Of a stretch of DNA of 32,000 nucleotides, positions 1 through 7,449 are shown in pieces (position 1 is the first letter of the stretch; the number at the start of each line of letters is the position of its first letter). This DNA comes from Polynucleobacter sp. AP-Nino-20-G2 (GTDB taxonomy: Bacteria > Pseudomonadota > Gammaproteobacteria > Burkholderiales > Burkholderiaceae): contig NZ_CP061313.1 in NCBI RefSeq assembly GCF_018688235.1, positions 1,570,538-1,602,537 on the forward strand, read 5' to 3'. Below the pieces are notes generated by a model that saw only the letters and a list, made by a program, of their open reading frames with translations, had not been told where the DNA came from and searched no databases. Made by a program: the position numbers and the translations under genes.

Positions 1-315
1 TAAGATATCTTGAGCTTCTTTGGGTGCATTTACCCAATATCGGGCAGGATCCTTGTCCCAAGCCTTGATATCCACAGTTACTACAAATAATAGAGATCCA
101 TCAGTAACTTGAGCCTGATCATGAGCAGCTTCTCGTAATTTTGCCCTTAAAGCCTTGTCTGTAACATTCACCAAACGCCAGTGTTGGATATTGAATGAGG
201 ATGGCGCCTGCATAGCAAGGTCAAGCAACTGCTCTGTCTCTTGCTTAGTAAATTCATGGCTTGGGTCAAAATACTTAACGGCCCTACGTTCGTGGATTGC
301 ATCAAATGTATTCAT
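1..315 (-). CDS. nitroreductase family protein, N-terminal part (gene runs off the left edge)
   Basis: Absent from the ORF track because it has no stop in the window. My minus-strand translation from the ATG at 315..313 is MNTFDAIHERRAVKYFDPSHEFTKQETEQLLDLAMQAPSSFNIQHWRLVNVTDKALRAKLREAAHDQAQVTDGSLLFVV... and stays open to position 1. A GAGGA Shine-Dalgarno lies a few nt upstream. The RRAVKYF and PSSFNIQHW motifs are typical of the nitroreductase fold. Confidence 0.6.
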   Translation of the reverse strand, partial: MNTFDAIHERRAVKYFDPSHEFTKQETEQLLDLAMQAPSSFNIQHWRLVNVTDKALRAKLREAAHDQAQVTDGSLLFVVTVDIKAWDKDPARYWVNAPKEAQDIL

Positions 316-360
316 TAACTTCCTCAGTGAGATTCAAGCTCTGATAATACGGCAATATTC

Positions 361-403
361 AAAAGACAAAACCCTCACCGTTGCTGATGAGGGTTTGCTT
401 TTC
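361..403 (-). terminator. rho-independent terminator following the tRNA
   Basis: Hairpin AAACCCTCA-N10-TGAGGGTTT (369..396). On the minus strand it starts just after the tRNA CCA end and is followed by TTTTGTCTTTT. Confidence 0.55.
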
Positions 404-703
404 TGGTGGGCCCACCAGGACTTGAACCTGGGACCAAAGGATTCCGGTTTGTGTAGCTTTCACTACTCCCTGGACTATGCCTTCATCATATTCAAACTTA
501 ACATCTGAACTTAGATGGGTGCCGTCTAGTCTCTACACCTTCAACAGCACTTTCACGCTGAAGCTTGGCTCGGCGTTAGCTTGTGCAGCTTTTGGCTGCA
601 TTTAGCTTTCTCCGAATTTGACACCATCCCTTATGCAGTTTCCACGCATAAGGCACAACTTTCGCTATAAGTCCTCTGCTCTAACCAACTGAGCTATGGG
701 CCC
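404..703 (-). tRNA. tRNA-Ile-like gene (ileX/tRNA-Ile2-type body, genomic anticodon TAT) split by a group I intron; exons 703..667 and 443..404
   Basis: The minus strand reads GGGCCCATAGCTCAGTTGGTTAGAGCAGAGGACTTAT (703->667) and AATCCTTTGGTCCCAGGTTCAAGTCCTGGTGGGCCCACCA (443->404). Joined, they fold as a 77-nt cloverleaf: acceptor GGGCCCA/TGGGCCC, D stem GCTC/GAGC, anticodon stem GAGGA/TCCTT, 5-nt variable loop, T stem CCAGG/CCTGG, T loop TTCAAGT, encoded CCA. The anticodon loop is CT-TAT-AA. Confidence 0.8.
444..666 (-). ncRNA. group I self-splicing intron (IC3-like, Azoarcus tRNA-Ile intron type) in the anticodon loop
   Basis: This is 223 nt between the two exons with no ORF. The minus strand contains GTGCCTTATGCGTGGAAACTGCATAAGGGATGGTGTCAAATTCGG...GCCGAGCCAAGCTTCAGCG...GAAGGTGTAGAGACTAGACGGCACCCATCTAAG. 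From memory this is almost colinear with the Azoarcus pre-tRNA-Ile ribozyme core GUGCCUUGCGCCGGGAAACCACGCAAGGGAUGGUGUCAAAUUCGG...GCCGAGCCAAGCUUCGG...GAAGGUGUAGAGACUAGACGGCACCCACCUAAG, with compensatory changes in P2. The intron ends in G directly before the 3' exon, and a GTG guide can pair with the exon TAT. Confidence 0.8.
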
Positions 704-715
704 TAAAACTTTACG

Positions 716-820
716 TTTACTACACACCTTGCTGCTGGTGTTTTTTACTACAAAACCACATAAAAACCACATTTACTACACACCATGAAAAATGCCCTGG
801 TGTGTAAGCGGTGTGTAAGC
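716..820. repeat. cluster of five short motif copies (TTTACTACACACC x3 in one orientation, GGTGTGTAAGC x2 inverted) just upstream of the tRNA
   Basis: TTTACTACACACC occurs at 716..728 and 772..784, and TTTACTACAAAACC at 744..757. Tandem GGTGTGTAAGC occurs at 799..809 and 810..820, which is close to the reverse complement of the first motif. Related copies lie at 962..973, 3062..3086, about 3243..3262 and 18421..18442. Confidence 0.6.
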
Positions 821-897
821 AATTTTGACCACCTAATTCACCACTAAGCTCTTGAATCTATTGAGGTCTTTGTTACAAGACCCCTAGGGCTTCTTTC

Positions 898-1139
898 TTA
901 TGAGAGCAGAAGCCCATAATAGAGCCATATAAACAGGGGCTCTGCGGGTGGTCAGTGTCGATGTGTAAGTAAATGTGTGAGCAAATTCACGCATTTACTA
1001 GAAGAGCTCTCGGACTCTTTGGTCTTCAAAACCACAGGAATTTTGGAACAACCATCTAGCACCTCGTTGCTCCAAAGTACTTTCTAGAGGAATAAGCGTT
1101 ACTTTGAGTAACGCTTATGTAGCGAGGGGCAACTACCGA
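898..1139. repeat. ~240-bp repeat unit, copy 1 (starts with the junction motif TTATGAGAGCAGA, ends ...GCGAGGGGCAACTACCGA)
   Basis: Hand alignment with 3170..3419. The shared TTATGAGAGCAGA start is followed by a diverged middle. The last ~125 nt are well conserved (CTCTTTGGTCTTCAAAACCA...GTTGCTCC...ATAAGCGTTACTTTGAGTAACGCTTAT..GCGAGGGGCA). Confidence 0.6.
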
Positions 1140-1161
1140 CCCACAGCAGCCACACATTTAT

Positions 1162-1186
1162 AAAAAACCCGCCGAAGCGGGCTTTA
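1162..1186 (-). terminator. rho-independent terminator of the autotransporter gene
   Basis: The minus strand reads AAGCCCGC-TTCG-GCGGGTTTTTT about 25 nt after the stop codon. Confidence 0.6.
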
Positions 1187-1208
1187 TTAAAGACTATTAA
1201 TCAAGTGC

Positions 1209-2627
1209 TTACAGACCAACTGTGTACGTAGCCATCACAGTAGTTGTAGAAACAGCCTGATACGGCTCTTGACGATAAATGCCGGTCACACCTAAGCGTT
1301 GATTCTTTGCCACATCGTAAGTAGCCCCAACCATTGCTGTTGGGCGAGTCTTAACGGGGTTAGCGTTAAAGTTCACCGGGCTTAACCCAGCAACACCAGT
1401 TGCAGATACAGCACCATTAGCGGTATTGGTATCAGTCTCTACCCCAGCACTGGCAAAAAGATTGGTTTGAGGGATACCTCTATAGCTAGCCCCTACGCCT
1501 GCTAAAGCAGTAGTGGCATTGGTATTGAGTGCTGAGTAAGTCAACGGCGCTGTGACTGTTGCAGAAGTACCTTCTGTATAGCCACCCATATTGTTTTGGG
1601 TATAGCGAACACCGGCATATGGAGAAACAATCACGCTCTGTGCAACCCCAAATCCATACTTAACTACCGCTTGAGCGCCTTGGCTATTTAACTGGGATGA
1701 GCCTGAACCAGCTTCGGATGTCCCAACCACTTGGCGGTTAATCGTAGTGTTCTTTTGACCATAGGCCAAGGAGACCTTTACCTCAGCGCCAGCACCATCT
1801 AAACGTTCATTCCAAGCACCAAACAGGCCAATGAGTGGCGTGTTATTTCCGAGGTTTACGGTAGAGCCTGCATTATTGACTGAGAGGTTCTGGTCTACAT
1901 ACGCGCCTACACGATAATTAATGTGTGGGCGATAAGCAGCAATGAGAAGACCGCTGGTGTTATTCAAGCCGTTAGCCGCTGAGACTGCCGTATTTCGACC
2001 ACCAGCAGATACGCAAACATTATTCTTATCAAATAAGGCGCAATCGTAGGCAAAGCTGTTAGCTAGAACTGAGTTCTGCAGTGTGTAGATATTTTGCAAA
2101 GATGATGCAGTGTTGACAAGGGAAGTTTGGGTGTCCGCAGCAGAGGGACCCTCAACAAGGTAAGTCACCGATAAATTCTCCCAGCTTGGTTCTCCACCAC
2201 CGGGGATGGTGCCAATATAAAAGAAAATGTTTGGGTTTGCCGTAGTGGTAGTAAGACGAATACTAAAGTTTGTAGAAGTATTTAAAGCGCTTCCAGTCAA
2301 TGAGGTGGTTGCACTATCCCCCAACTTAATAGACATTGTGTTTGAGAGGCTATAACTAAAATTGTAAGCACCTGAGACGGCGTAGGTTCCAGCTGAACCC
2401 GTAATGGACTGACTAAGCGAACCAGTCCCCGTATTCTGATAAGCATAAAATACACCACTCGAAGCATAGGCTGACAGTAAATTAGTTATTGTCCAGCCAG
2501 ATGTGCTATCCCCAGTAAAGGTTGGATTAACTAGCAAATTAGCTTGAGAATAGGCATTCGTCACTAATAAGCTGCCAGAAATTAAAGTCAGAAAGAAAGC
2601 AATTTTGATTTTTTTTAAGAGGCACAT
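1209..2627 (-). CDS. autotransporter outer-membrane protein (signal peptide, ~170-aa passenger, beta-barrel translocator)
   Basis: The N-terminus MCLLKKIKIAFFLTLISGSLLVTNAYSQ is a signal peptide. The segment TLQNSVLANSFAYDCALFDKNNVCVSAGGR is typical of an autotransporter linker. The C-terminal ~270 aa has the alternating beta-strand pattern of an autotransporter barrel (YAGVRYTQ.., GIYRQEPYQ..TTVMATYTVGL). Confidence 0.6.
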   Translation of the reverse strand: MCLLKKIKIAFFLTLISGSLLVTNAYSQANLLVNPTFTGDSTSGWTITNLLSAYASSGVFYAYQNTGTGSLSQSITGSAGTYAVSGAYNFSYSLSNTMSIKLGDSATTSLTGSALNTSTNFSIRLTTTTANPNIFFYIGTIPGGGEPSWENLSVTYLVEGPSAADTQTSLVNTASSLQNIYTLQNSVLANSFAYDCALFDKNNVCVSAGGRNTAVSAANGLNNTSGLLIAAYRPHINYRVGAYVDQNLSVNNAGSTVNLGNNTPLIGLFGAWNERLDGAGAEVKVSLAYGQKNTTINRQVVGTSEAGSGSSQLNSQGAQAVVKYGFGVAQSVIVSPYAGVRYTQNNMGGYTEGTSATVTAPLTYSALNTNATTALAGVGASYRGIPQTNLFASAGVETDTNTANGAVSATGVAGLSPVNFNANPVKTRPTAMVGATYDVAKNQRLGVTGIYRQEPYQAVSTTTVMATYTVGL

Positions 2628-3089
2628 GGCTACGTGAGGATAAGTGTTGGCTGTAGAGCTAATATTTTAAAAAACCGATTATGCCTCCAATCTATGACTA
2701 ACCTACTAGATTGCGCTTAATAATTTGTTGAGACAAGAGTCTGCGACAATAAAACCCCATTCACCAACCCCGCCCCAATACCCCTTACTTAGACTTACAA
2801 AATAAAAATCGGGTTATGTTCGCTTTGTTTGGAGCTTCTGTCCAAATCTTTCCAAGTAAAACTAAAGATTTAGACAAGATTGAAGTTACTTGCGTTGAAA
2901 TGGAAGCGCTTACACAGTGCAAGTCACCCTCCTAACAATTTACGACATACGTAATGTCGCTTACTGGCCGAAAGCAGCCCTTGAGCACTTGCAAACCAAG
3001 GGCAACAAATAGTTCATTGCTCCAAGCTAGAGCCATATATCTATTGGGGTCTAGCGGTGATATTTGCTACACACCGACTACACATTAAA

Positions 3090-3120
3090 GAAAAACGACT
3101 TAGGAATTTCTCCCTAAGTC
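3090..3120 (-). terminator. terminator-like hairpin directly downstream of the orphan tRNA 3' fragment
   Basis: GACTTAGG-N8-CCTAAGTC (3097..3120), followed on the minus strand by GTTTTT. Confidence 0.45.
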
Positions 3121-3131
3121 GCTAATTTCAT

Positions 3132-3171
3132 TGGTAGGCCCACCAGGACTTGAACCTGGGACCAAAGGATT
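3132..3171 (-). repeat. orphan duplicate of the tRNA 3' exon (att-type direct repeat)
   Basis: TGGTAGGCCCACCAGGACTTGAACCTGGGACCAAAGGATT matches 404..443 at 39 of 40 positions. Identity stops exactly at the exon/intron boundary of the intact gene. Confidence 0.85.
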
Positions 3172-3419
3172 ATGAGAGCAGATACCCAAAGAAAACCATT
3201 AGGATTTCAAGAGGTTACGTTGTCTGGTTATCGGTGTGTGAGTATTTGTGTGACTAGATTAACTAGATCATAAGGAGTAATGCCTCACTCTTTGGTTTTC
3301 AAAACCAATGAATATTTGGAGCAACCATTTCACACTTCGTTGCTCCACAGTGCCTTTTGAGAGATTTATAAGCGTTACTTAAAGTAACGCTTATATAGCG
3401 AGGGGCAGCTAACGATTCG
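3170..3419. repeat. ~240-bp repeat unit, copy 2
   Basis: The unit starts with TTATGAGAGCAGA. Positions 3170..3220 also match 18552..18602 (about 45/51 by hand). It contains three palindromes: TTGGTTTTCAAAACCAA (3292..3308), GGAGCAAC-N13-GTTGCTCC (3318..3346) and TATAAGCGTTACT-TAA-AGTAACGCTTATA (3367..3395). Confidence 0.6.
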
Positions 3420-4075
3420 TAGCTGCCGCCCAAAGAAAAACCACCCGTAATGGTTGCCCCTGATGTTGTTTGTGTTTCGTTTTTATTATTTAAAGTATAG
3501 ATACCGCTTGCGGTAAACCCAGCAATTGAATCGGTTTTAAATGACAATGTATTTGCCGTGCGAGCTGTAAAACCAATGTAGCTAGTTCCAGCGCTTGCAC
3601 TCGCAATTCCCTGCGCACTTGCGTATATGACGTTACCAGTCAGGTTGTTAAAGTTACCTGGATCCGTTGCTAACCCTGCGTTAAAAATTGGCGTGTATTG
3701 CAAACCAAGTGCCGCTTGTCCAATACCATTCTTTTTTAGACCAACGAATGACTGTCGATTAAATAAGCCATTATTTGCATTGCCACCTAAGTTTGCATCT
3801 TGAGGATAAATTTGAAATTCTGTTGTGAAAAATGCGGATGATCCACCACCCAAGTCTTCAATTCCTTTTAGACCAATACGACTAGAGCTCTCTGCATTCT
3901 GACCAAATTGACTTACTGTTGTCTTTGTTTCTGCGCCTGTTGTGGGGCTGACTACTCTTGAGTTGCCGCCTACATAACCCGCATCAATAATTCCATACAC
4001 CGTTACACTTGATTGTGCTTGTACGCCGCTTGCACAAACAGCTGCTAAGCCCGCCGCTGTAATAATCTTTTTCAT
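3299..4075 (-). pseudogene. Gram-negative general porin (Burkholderiales OmpC-like), 3'-truncated by the repeat unit
   Basis: The N-terminus MKKIITAAGLAAVCASGVQAQSSVTVYGIIDAGYVG... is a classic porin start. Porin-like sequence stops near aa ~215, where the reading frame runs into repeat unit 2 (about 3419). The normal C-terminal third is missing. Confidence 0.6.
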
Positions 4076-4282
4076 TTCCTATTTCCTTTACCTTTTAACT
4101 TTCAATTAATTTTGGTGACCCGAATGCAAAACCTGCAATCGAAGCCAGTCTAGGTAAAGAACTGCATGATGTCTAATGCATTTTAATGACACTTAATATA
4201 ATTAAATGTAATACATTGCTATAGTGAAGTAGATAAATGAATTCACAATTAATTTCTAAACTTTTGGACGAAAATTTGTAGC

Positions 4283-4320
4283 AAAAAAAATGCCAACAAA
4301 GGCTCAAGCTCTGTTGGCAT
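4283..4320 (-). terminator. rho-independent terminator closing the catabolic operon
   Basis: The minus strand reads ATGCCAACA-N13-TGTTGGCAT followed by TTTTTTTT, 29 nt after the Bug gene stop. Confidence 0.6.
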
Positions 4321-4348
4321 TCAGAATGAAAATGTGGGTAGCTAGATC

Positions 4349-5344
4349 TTAATCAGCCTTAATTTGATTTACTGAAATAACCTTTCCCCAGCGTTCAATT
4401 TCTTTATTTAGATAAACCCCCAGCTCTTCTGGCGATGATCCTATAGGTTCAGCACCAATACTTTCAAACTTATCCTTAATGGCAAGAGTATTCATACTGG
4501 CTACCAAGGCTACATTCAACTTCTTAATAATAGGCTTTGGAGTATTCGCTGGCACAAAAACTGCAAACCAAGGCGTGACATCATATCCTGGTAACCCAGA
4601 CTCAGCAATGGTTGGTATGCCTGGCAAGGCCTTAGAGCGCTTGATTGTCGTTAAACCGATTGGCCTTAGCTTTCCAGAAAGAATATGAGGCTTTGCAGAA
4701 GTGATGCTGTCAAACATGTAATTCACTTGACCGCCAAGTAAGTCAGTCACTGCTGGGCCGCTACCCTTATAAGGAATATGTTGCATATCTATTTTCGCTA
4801 ACGACGTAAATACCTCTCCAGCCAAATGAATAGAAGTGCCGTTACCTGCTGACGCATAGGTAATCCTTCCAGGCTGCGCCTTTGCATTTGCTATCACATC
4901 CGCAACTGTTTTTACGTTAGGCTGGGTAGCATTAGTAACCAATACATTAGGCACAATAGCAATGAGACTAACGGGCGCAAAATCCTTTATCGGGTCATAG
5001 CTTAATTTTGGATATAAAAACTTATTGGTAGCCATGCCAATTGAAGTAATCATCATTGTGTAACCATCAGCTTCAGAACGAGCTACTAATTCCGCTCCAA
5101 TATTCCCGCCTGCACCGGGCTTATTTTCGACAAAGATTGTCTGACCCAAAGATTTGGAGGAGCTATCTGCAAGTGCGCGTGCAATCACATCCATTGCCCC
5201 GCCGGGCGGAAAAGGAACAATCCATTTAATTGGCTTAGTGGGCCATTCCTGTGCATTAGCCATACTGAAGTACAGGAATATTGCAGCAATTCCAATGCCC
5301 TTTCCTATCCAGGATGGCTTCCGTTTATTTCCCATCATGCCCAC
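4349..5344 (-). CDS. Bug-family (TctC-like) tripartite tricarboxylate transporter substrate-binding protein
   Basis: A signal peptide is followed by QEWPTKPIKWIVPFPPGGAMDVIAR, the hallmark N-terminus of the Bug family. At 331 aa it has the typical size. Confidence 0.8.
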   Translation of the reverse strand: MGMMGNKRKPSWIGKGIGIAAIFLYFSMANAQEWPTKPIKWIVPFPPGGAMDVIARALADSSSKSLGQTIFVENKPGAGGNIGAELVARSEADGYTMMITSIGMATNKFLYPKLSYDPIKDFAPVSLIAIVPNVLVTNATQPNVKTVADVIANAKAQPGRITYASAGNGTSIHLAGEVFTSLAKIDMQHIPYKGSGPAVTDLLGGQVNYMFDSITSAKPHILSGKLRPIGLTTIKRSKALPGIPTIAESGLPGYDVTPWFAVFVPANTPKPIIKKLNVALVASMNTLAIKDKFESIGAEPIGSSPEELGVYLNKEIERWGKVISVNQIKAD

Positions 5345-6635
5345 TTTTCCCTGCTAATGAGATTGCAATACATGCAATTGCGCCTGGAATTGCGAATGCA
5401 TAGAAGTTAAATTCCAATGGCAAACCCAAGCTTAACAAAGTACCGCCTAGCACTGGACCTAAAATAGCGCCCACACGACCAATGCCAGAGGCCCAACCAA
5501 TACCAGTGGAACGAATTTTTAATGGGTAGTATTGCGCAACATAGGCATAGAGCAAGATTTGAGAGCCAATTGTGGTTGCGCCTGCAATAGCTACCAATAG
5601 ATTTAAAACAATGAATGGACTCTTAACACCTAAGAGACTAATTGAAGCGGCAGCGCAAATAAAGAAAATGGTAAGTACCTTGCGTGGATGGAACTTATCG
5701 GCAAGCCAACCACCTCCAACCGCTCCAAAGATAGCGCCAATGTTTAGCACCATCAAGAACATTAGGCTTGAACCCATCTCATACCCAGCTTTGTTCATTA
5801 GCTTTGGAAGCCAAGATCCCAACGCATAAACCATTAATAGGCACATAAAGAATGAAGTCCAGAACATTAAAGTACTTAATACGCGACCATCTTTAAAGAG
5901 CGAAACCAAAGGTACAGAGCTAGAGGCTTTACCTAATGGATAGATATATTCATTAGAAAGCAATGTGCCGCGCTCTGGGGCGATTTTTTTTAATATTTTT
6001 CCAGCATCAGAGTTCCGATTTGATTTAATCAAAAATCCAGGTGACTCAGGCAGATAGTAAAGAATGATTGGTAGCAGCAGCAGTGGAATAATGGCAACGA
6101 AAAAAACTGAGGGCCAGCCATAGGTCGGAATTAAATAGATTCCTACGCCAGCCGATAACATACCGCCAACTGAGTAACCGCTAAACATAATCGTTACCAG
6201 CAGGCTACGAATTTTTTTAGGTGAATATTCAGTCATCAAAGCAACCACGTTAGGCATTACGCCACCAATGCCTAATCCAGCAATAAATCGACAGATACCA
6301 AACTGCGTAAGGTTTTCTGCAAAACCATTAATAAAGGTAAAGAAGCTAAACAATGTAACGCACATTGCAATAGTCTTTTTTCTCCCTATCTTGTCTGATA
6401 ACGGCCCAAAGAACATAGCTCCAAACATCATGCCAAATAATGCATAACTACCCAAAGTCCCTGCCTGCATGGGTGATAACTGCCATTCGGCCATTAATTT
6501 AGGCAAAACAACTCCATAGATGACGAGATCGTAACCATCAAAAATGATGATTAGACCGCACCAAAATAAAAGACCCCAGTGAAATTTATTAAACCTCGCT
6601 TCGTCTATTAACTTATGAACATCAATTTGACTCAT
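5325..6635 (-). CDS. MFS transporter, aromatic acid:H+ symporter family (BenK/PcaK-like)
   Basis: 436 aa with a 12-TM-like profile. The FDGYDLVIYG and GPLSDKIGRKK motifs are typical of AAHS-family MFS transporters. It sits between pcaD and the Bug gene. Confidence 0.75.
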   Translation of the reverse strand: MSQIDVHKLIDEARFNKFHWGLLFWCGLIIIFDGYDLVIYGVVLPKLMAEWQLSPMQAGTLGSYALFGMMFGAMFFGPLSDKIGRKKTIAMCVTLFSFFTFINGFAENLTQFGICRFIAGLGIGGVMPNVVALMTEYSPKKIRSLLVTIMFSGYSVGGMLSAGVGIYLIPTYGWPSVFFVAIIPLLLLPIILYYLPESPGFLIKSNRNSDAGKILKKIAPERGTLLSNEYIYPLGKASSSVPLVSLFKDGRVLSTLMFWTSFFMCLLMVYALGSWLPKLMNKAGYEMGSSLMFLMVLNIGAIFGAVGGGWLADKFHPRKVLTIFFICAAASISLLGVKSPFIVLNLLVAIAGATTIGSQILLYAYVAQYYPLKIRSTGIGWASGIGRVGAILGPVLGGTLLSLGLPLEFNFYAFAIPGAIACIAISLAGKSGHDGK

Positions 6636-6637
6636 GC

Positions 6638-7441
6638 TTATGTCTCCAATTTGTGTTTGATTTGATTTGCAAAAAATTGCTTGATTACTTGATTGAATTC
6701 AGTTTCTGCTTCAATGTTTGAAATGTGCGAAGCAGGCACCTCTTGTAGTTGAGACCCTTTAATTTGGGACTGCATATACTGAGCATCACTAATAGTGGTA
6801 ACAGGATCTTTATCCCCGCTGATAATTAATGCAGGAATATTGATTTCTGAAATCCCCCCCTTAAGATCCTCAGTAGCCAATGCCTCGCAACAACTTGCAT
6901 AACCTTCAGGGTTCATATTTTTCAAGTTAATCAGTAATTCGTTAACTGCTTTAGGGCTTGAACCATAAAACTCTGGTGTAAACCATCTCGAAGGAGCGGA
7001 TTCTGCGATAGTATTGAGACCCTCTTTTCTAGCTAAAGCCGCCCGCTCATTCCATGCCTGCTCATTACCTATTTTTGGCGCAGTATTTGCAATCACTAAC
7101 GCCTCAATTCTTTCGGGCGCATTGACCGCTAGCCATTGACCAATAAGCCCGCCCATCGAAATTCCACAGAAGAAAGCCTTATCAATACTGAGGTAATCAA
7201 GAAGACCTAAAACATCATTTGCTAGCTGTGCAATGGTGTACGGACCCTTTGGAGAATGAGTTAATCCATGACCTCTAGTGTCGTATCTGATTAAGTAGAA
7301 ATCTCTTCTTAATACTTCAAGCTGACCATCCCACATAGAATGATCTGTTCCTAAAGAGTTAGAGAAAATAATTGCTGGTTTGTGAGGATCGCCATCTGTC
7401 AAATAGAAGATGTCAATTCCGTTAATGTGCGCAATACTCAT
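6638..7441 (-). CDS. pcaD: 3-oxoadipate enol-lactonase
   Basis: Alpha/beta hydrolase of 267 aa with GISMGG nucleophile elbow and the YDTRGHG motif. It lies in the beta-ketoadipate gene context. Confidence 0.8.
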   Translation of the reverse strand: MSIAHINGIDIFYLTDGDPHKPAIIFSNSLGTDHSMWDGQLEVLRRDFYLIRYDTRGHGLTHSPKGPYTIAQLANDVLGLLDYLSIDKAFFCGISMGGLIGQWLAVNAPERIEALVIANTAPKIGNEQAWNERAALARKEGLNTIAESAPSRWFTPEFYGSSPKAVNELLINLKNMNPEGYASCCEALATEDLKGGISEINIPALIISGDKDPVTTISDAQYMQSQIKGSQLQEVPASHISNIEAETEFNQVIKQFFANQIKHKLET

Positions 7442-7449
7442 TACTACTC

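Noticed and set aside
155-508. 117-aa plus-strand ORF from the track
   Set aside because: It lies antisense to the nitroreductase gene start and runs across the terminator, the tRNA 3' exon and part of the group I intron. It has no ribosome-binding site, and the RNA features explain the sequence better.
404-703. tmRNA, or two separate tRNA pseudogene halves, as an explanation for the split tRNA-like ends
   Set aside because: The ends lack tmRNA features such as a tag reading frame or pseudoknot strings. The intervening 223 nt carries the conserved group I core, so an intron-containing tRNA is the simpler reading.
3132-3240. The orphan 3' exon plus upstream CTCAT read as a complete intron-less tRNA-Ile(CAU) gene
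   Set aside because: The sequence 5' of CTCATAA (..GGGTATCTG) cannot pair with TCCTT to form an anticodon stem, and no D arm or acceptor 5' strand is present. Only the loop and 3' half are tRNA-derived.
3299-3419. C-terminal ~40 residues of ORF 3299..4075 as genuine porin sequence
   Set aside because: This part is encoded by the repeat unit that also occurs at 898..1139 in a non-coding context. The frame is open there by chance.
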